Source: Candidatus Saccharimonadales bacterium
Lineage (GTDB): Bacteria > Patescibacteriota > Saccharimonadia > Saccharimonadales > JAYRRP01
Direction: 5' to 3'
Length of the DNA stretch: 64,000 nt
NCBI GenBank assembly: GCA_041910055.1
Contig: JAYRRP010000003.1
Location: 301,973 to 365,972 of the forward strand
A program made the translations under genes and the position numbers. The notes beneath the pieces were generated by a model. That model made no database searches and had not been told where the DNA came from. It worked only from the letters and a program-made list of their open reading frames with translations. Within the stretch, counting starts at the first letter, position 1, and each line of letters begins with the position of its first letter. Of this stretch, positions 62,190-64,000 are shown one piece after another.

Positions 62190-64000
<1,811 letters not shown>

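Overview
The window looks like a gene-dense segment (~85-90% coding) from a small-genome, Gram-positive-type bacterium. A Patescibacteria/CPR, Saccharibacteria-like origin is my inference from gene content. Supporting features are a secretin-less type IV pilus locus, an LPxTG surface protein, CCA-encoded tRNAs, a standard genetic code with UGA stops, and many extended -10 'TGgTATAAT' promoters. All homology calls come from reading the supplied translations and from motif recall; nothing was searched.

Content, in order along the window:
- Housekeeping genes: efp (3' end), tlyA, ychF, ndk, thrS, miaA, rpmB, purM-like, rnhA fusion, rnpB, the infC-rpmI-rplT operon, comM, nrdR-like, and gyrB (5' part running off the end).
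- A complete pilM-N-O-B-T-C, pilin, pilD and four minor-pilin locus (13.7-25.0 kb).
- Directly upstream of that locus, two tandem paralogous cassettes, each a small TM protein plus a ~865-aa secreted protein.
- A secreted esterase and a glycoside-hydrolase-like pair.
- A tRNA cluster (Gly, Thr, Asp), plus tRNA-Arg, tRNA-Val and tRNA-Pro elsewhere.
- A ~1,650-aa surface protein split into two ORFs at a G6 tract.
- A TraD/VirD4-like membrane ATPase locus, convergent with an LPNTG-anchored protein.

The most unusual observations are at the RNA/DNA level:
1. An intact tRNA-Pro(GGG) is nested, between perfect 15-bp inverted repeats, inside a second tRNA-Pro(GGG)-like gene. The acceptor halves of that outer gene lie 220 nt apart, and its T-loop carries a 21-nt GC-rich insert.
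2. Related degenerate tRNA 3'-portion copies lie next to tRNA-Asp and tRNA-Gly, with homologous inserts at the same T-loop position.
3. A homopolymer tract breaks the giant surface protein gene.

No CRISPR array, rRNA, transposase or recognisable defence system was seen.
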